Shown here one piece after another: positions 61,332-64,000 of a stretch of 64,000 nucleotides of DNA. Position numbers and translations under genes: made by a program. The first letter of the stretch is position 1; each line of letters begins with the position of its first letter. The notes under the pieces are model-generated. The model had not been told where the DNA came from, searched no databases, and worked only from the letters and a program-made list of their open reading frames with translations. Origin of the DNA: Lachnospiraceae bacterium (GTDB lineage: Bacteria > Bacillota > Clostridia > Lachnospirales > Lachnospiraceae); contig JAFRRD010000027.1 of NCBI GenBank assembly GCA_017428265.1, positions 19,209 to 83,208 on the forward strand, written 5' to 3'.

Positions 61332-62882
61332 TCAGATGTCTTCCGCTGCCTCGCCGACTTCGCCGTACTTCTTCTTGTAGCTCTTGGAGATCAGCTTGGA
61401 GATCAGCGGGGAGAAGAGTCCGAGCACGATCAGCCCCAGCAGAACCAGGCAGATCGGACGGGACATCATGTACTGGAAGAAGGTTATGCCGCCCATACCG
61501 GCCGCCTGCATGGTGCCCTGGTAGATCTGTTCGTCGGCCATCGGGCCCAGGATCAGTGCCAGCACGACCGGCGCGGTCGGGATCCCGTACTTGCGCATCA
61601 GGAAGCCGAGCAGGCCGAAGATAAGGCAGACATAGACCGTAAACATATTCTGTTTGGTCGCGTACGCACCGATGATGGAAAGCATCGCGATGCAGGGCAG
61701 CAGGATCGGGATCGGGACCTTGGAGACCTTGGTCAGATAGCGTCCGGCGGCCCAGCCGACCAGACCCATCAGGATGTTGGCGACCAGGAAGCCGATGATG
61801 ACGGCGTAGGTGATGCCGGCAAATTTGCTGAACAGTTCGAAACCGGGGTTCAGGCCGTGGATCGTCAGGCCGCCCAGCATGACCGCAGCAGTGGAGCTGC
61901 CGGGGATGCCCAGGGTCAGCAGCGGGATCAGCGCGCCGCCGGTAACCGCGTTGTTGGCGGCTTCGGGCGCAGCCACGCCTTCCGGAATGCCGGTGCCGAA
62001 GAGTTCTTTATGCTTGGACTGATTCTTGGCCAGGTTCAGGCCGACCCAGGAGGCGATATCGCCGCCGGCGCCGGGCAGGATGCCGATGAACACGCCGACC
62101 ACGGAGCATTCGAGGATCAGCGGGAGCAGACCGACGAATTCCTTGGCAGGAGGCAGGAATCGGCCCTGGATAACGGCCTCTTCTTTCACCGTGGAGCTGT
62201 GCTTGCCTCTCTCTTCCCCGAGGACCATGACCTGGGAAATGGAGAACAGGCCGATCATGGCCGGGATCAGGTCGATGCCGCCGTTCAGCTTAAAGTTGCC
62301 GAAGGTGAAGCGGGCATAGACTTCCGGAGACAGGCCGATCAGACCGACAACCAGGCCGATCGCACCGGCCAGCAGGCCTTTCAGCATGTTGCCGGAAGCA
62401 AGCGAGCCAATCAGGGTCAGGCCGAAGAAAGCGATCAGGAAATATTCCGGCGCCTGGAAGTTCAGGGACAGCCTGGCCAGAGGGGGCGCGATGAGCAGCA
62501 GCGCGATAGCGGAAATGATACCGCCGATCACGGAAGCCGTGGTGGACAGGCCGATCGCATGCAGGGCTTCACCCTTCTGCGTCATCGGATAACCGTCCAG
62601 ACAGGTCGCCGCCGAAGACGGCGTGCCGGGCGTGTGGATCAGAATGGCGGAAATGGAGCCGCCGTATACCGCGGAGGTATAGATCGCAGCCATCATCAGG
62701 ATGGCAGCCGTCTGGTCCATGCCGTAGGTGATAGGGATCAGCAGTGCGATACCCATTGTAGCGGAAAGACCCGGCAGAGCGCCGATGATCATGCCGCCGA
62801 CAACGCCGATGACCAGACCGAGAGCTGCCTGAAGGGTAAACAGATGGGCAAATGCCTGAGAAATGCCTTCCCAAATAGTCAT
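61332..62882 (-). CDS. tctA: tripartite tricarboxylate transporter permease, large subunit (TctA)
   Basis: 516-aa polytopic protein with GALPGLSATMGIALL and GILPGAGGDIASW TctA motifs. Confidence 0.85.
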   Translation of the reverse strand: MTIWEGISQAFAHLFTLQAALGLVIGVVGGMIIGALPGLSATMGIALLIPITYGMDQTAAILMMAAIYTSAVYGGSISAILIHTPGTPSSAATCLDGYPMTQKGEALHAIGLSTTASVIGGIISAIALLLIAPPLARLSLNFQAPEYFLIAFFGLTLIGSLASGNMLKGLLAGAIGLVVGLIGLSPEVYARFTFGNFKLNGGIDLIPAMIGLFSISQVMVLGEERGKHSSTVKEEAVIQGRFLPPAKEFVGLLPLILECSVVGVFIGILPGAGGDIASWVGLNLAKNQSKHKELFGTGIPEGVAAPEAANNAVTGGALIPLLTLGIPGSSTAAVMLGGLTIHGLNPGFELFSKFAGITYAVIIGFLVANILMGLVGWAAGRYLTKVSKVPIPILLPCIAMLSIIGAYATKQNMFTVYVCLIFGLLGFLMRKYGIPTAPVVLALILGPMADEQIYQGTMQAAGMGGITFFQYMMSRPICLVLLGLIVLGLFSPLISKLISKSYKKKYGEVGEAAEDI

Positions 62883-62900
62883 GGTTCTTTCCCCCTTTCC

Positions 62901-63341
62901 TTAGAACAGCAGGTCCGCGGGCAAGCGCACGTGGAGCTGGGTCACGAACAGGAAATAGATGAAACCGAGGGTCCCGATCGTAGTGGCGATCATGGGGATC
63001 GGCTTGCGGTAGCCCATAAAGAGCATCAGGGCCGGCATGATGACGGCGCTGGCCACAAAGAAACCGATCTTGTCGATCATGATGACATACACCAGGATGA
63101 TCAGGAAGATCAGCATCGGGTTTTTAAAGTCCTTGATGTGTACTTCTTCCGGTCCGGGCTTTTTGCCGTTGATCAGCGAAGTCAGGACCAGAACGGCGCC
63201 GATCACCAGGAAGATGATCAGAACGATGCGGCTGAACAGCTGCGTGACACCCGGGAAATCTTTTGTCTGAATGAACAGAAAGATCCCGATCGCCACCGCG
63301 ATCACACCAATGACTAAATCTTGGATTCTGCCTTTGAGCAT
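62901..63341 (-). CDS. tctB: tripartite tricarboxylate transporter small subunit (TctB)
   Basis: 146 aa with 4 TM helices, immediately upstream of tctA. Confidence 0.7.
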   Translation of the reverse strand: MLKGRIQDLVIGVIAVAIGIFLFIQTKDFPGVTQLFSRIVLIIFLVIGAVLVLTSLINGKKPGPEEVHIKDFKNPMLIFLIILVYVIMIDKIGFFVASAVIMPALMLFMGYRKPIPMIATTIGTLGFIYFLFVTQLHVRLPADLLF

Positions 63342-63571
63342 AGCGACTCCTTCCTCTTCTTTAAATTACTTCTGTTCCATTATTAAATTTCCGCGGCTGG
63401 ATCTCCGATGATTCGCCTAATATTCTTAAGAATCCGGTCACAGAAATTTAACAATGTACAGCTTATCTTATAACACACGCCCCCTGATGTCAAGCATTTT
63501 CCTTTGGTGCTTGTGCTTTTCGGGGCGCTGCGCTATACTTTTTCCGTATTCTTTTCATACAAGGAGCCGTT

Positions 63572-64000
63572 ATGTTCAGATACAGCGTGACCAAAGACGA
63601 TTTCACGGAAATGACCGTCCACATCATGAAACAGAAAAGCGCCAAACTATCTTCCAAGATTAAGCTGGTGCTCTTCACCATCGTCCAGATGGGCATCGTT
63701 GCCTGGCTGATCACCCTTAAGAACGACGCCTCCACGACGCTCCGCGTGCTGATGGGCATCGCTTCCGTGATCTGGGCCGTACAGACCGTCATGTCGTACG
63801 GCTGCTACCGGATGCGCGCGAAAATGATGCTCACGCGCCAGAAGGATCAGGACCCGAACGGAGATTTCTGGAAGGAACACCGGCTGCAGCTGAAAGACGG
63901 CAAAGTCGAGATCGGTTACGGAAATGCAAAAGCCTCTCTGGAATGCGCCGAGATCACCGGGACACAGGAGACCGGGAACCTGACACTTCTGATGAACGGC
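63572..64000 (+). CDS. YcxB-like membrane protein, N-terminal part (runs off the right edge)
   Basis: Own translation from the ATG at 63572 (AAGGAG upstream): MFRYSVTKDDFTEMTVHIMKQKSAKLSSKIKLVLFTIVQMG... It is open to position 64000. The family call is tentative. Confidence 0.5.
   Translation, partial: MFRYSVTKDDFTEMTVHIMKQKSAKLSSKIKLVLFTIVQMGIVAWLITLKNDASTTLRVLMGIASVIWAVQTVMSYGCYRMRAKMMLTRQKDQDPNGDFWKEHRLQLKDGKVEIGYGNAKASLECAEITGTQETGNLTLLMNG

Overview
All coordinates were derived by hand, without tools, so treat boundaries as approximate. The window looks like a high-G+C Clostridia-type chromosome. That call rests on gene content only: HgdC-type activator, TctABC, YitT, OpuC, extended -10 promoters. 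A lower-G+C accessory island of about 28 kb (about 29.2-57.3 kb) sits against a tRNA-Ser(GCU) gene.

(1) Positions 1-13.3 kb hold the most unusual content. It is a divergent cluster with two paralogous pairs of 2-hydroxyacyl-CoA-dehydratase/benzoyl-CoA-reductase-family (HAD/BCR) subunits and one HgdC-type ATP-dependent activator. It also has two paralogous small membrane peptides and a CooC-type Ni-insertion ATPase. Further along are a CooT Ni-chaperone, an extreme His/Cys-rich protein, a stand-alone fragment of acetyl-CoA synthase (CdhC/AcsB domain) and an enoate-reductase-type flavo-FeS protein translationally coupled to CooT. No CoA-transferase, cooS, full ACS, hydrogenase or urease is present in the window. 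I flag this as a candidate undescribed metalloenzyme system.

(2) Positions 13.4-29.2 kb are core genes. They include an XRE regulator, a PhzF-like protein, an E2-like acyltransferase, and two tandem mosaic surface proteins with (APTE)n linkers behind a YhhN lysoplasmalogenase and a lipid kinase. They also include Nudix, MFS, an internally deleted AlkZ/YcaQ-like pseudogene and an ABC-2 transporter.

(3) Positions 29.2-57.4 kb carry tandemly integrated elements delimited by three direct copies of the tRNA-Ser 3' end. Cargo includes an orphan KdpDE-like pair, an ECF-type sigma/anti-sigma pair, Rrf2, a soluble LytS-type kinase with a REC-SARP regulator, and OpuC-type transport with a PepSY-fused binding protein. 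There is also a run of small membrane proteins, an ABC/HExxH module, and a radical SAM plus alpha/beta-hydrolase pair. An IS3-family element truncates the island integrase.

(4) Positions 57.5-64 kb hold an OmpR/HK pair, a DUF4342-like protein, TctCBA and a partial YcxB-like gene.

Three copies of a 70-79 bp palindromic MITE/REP-like element occur, two of them inside the HAD/Ni cluster. No rRNA genes and no CRISPR array were seen.
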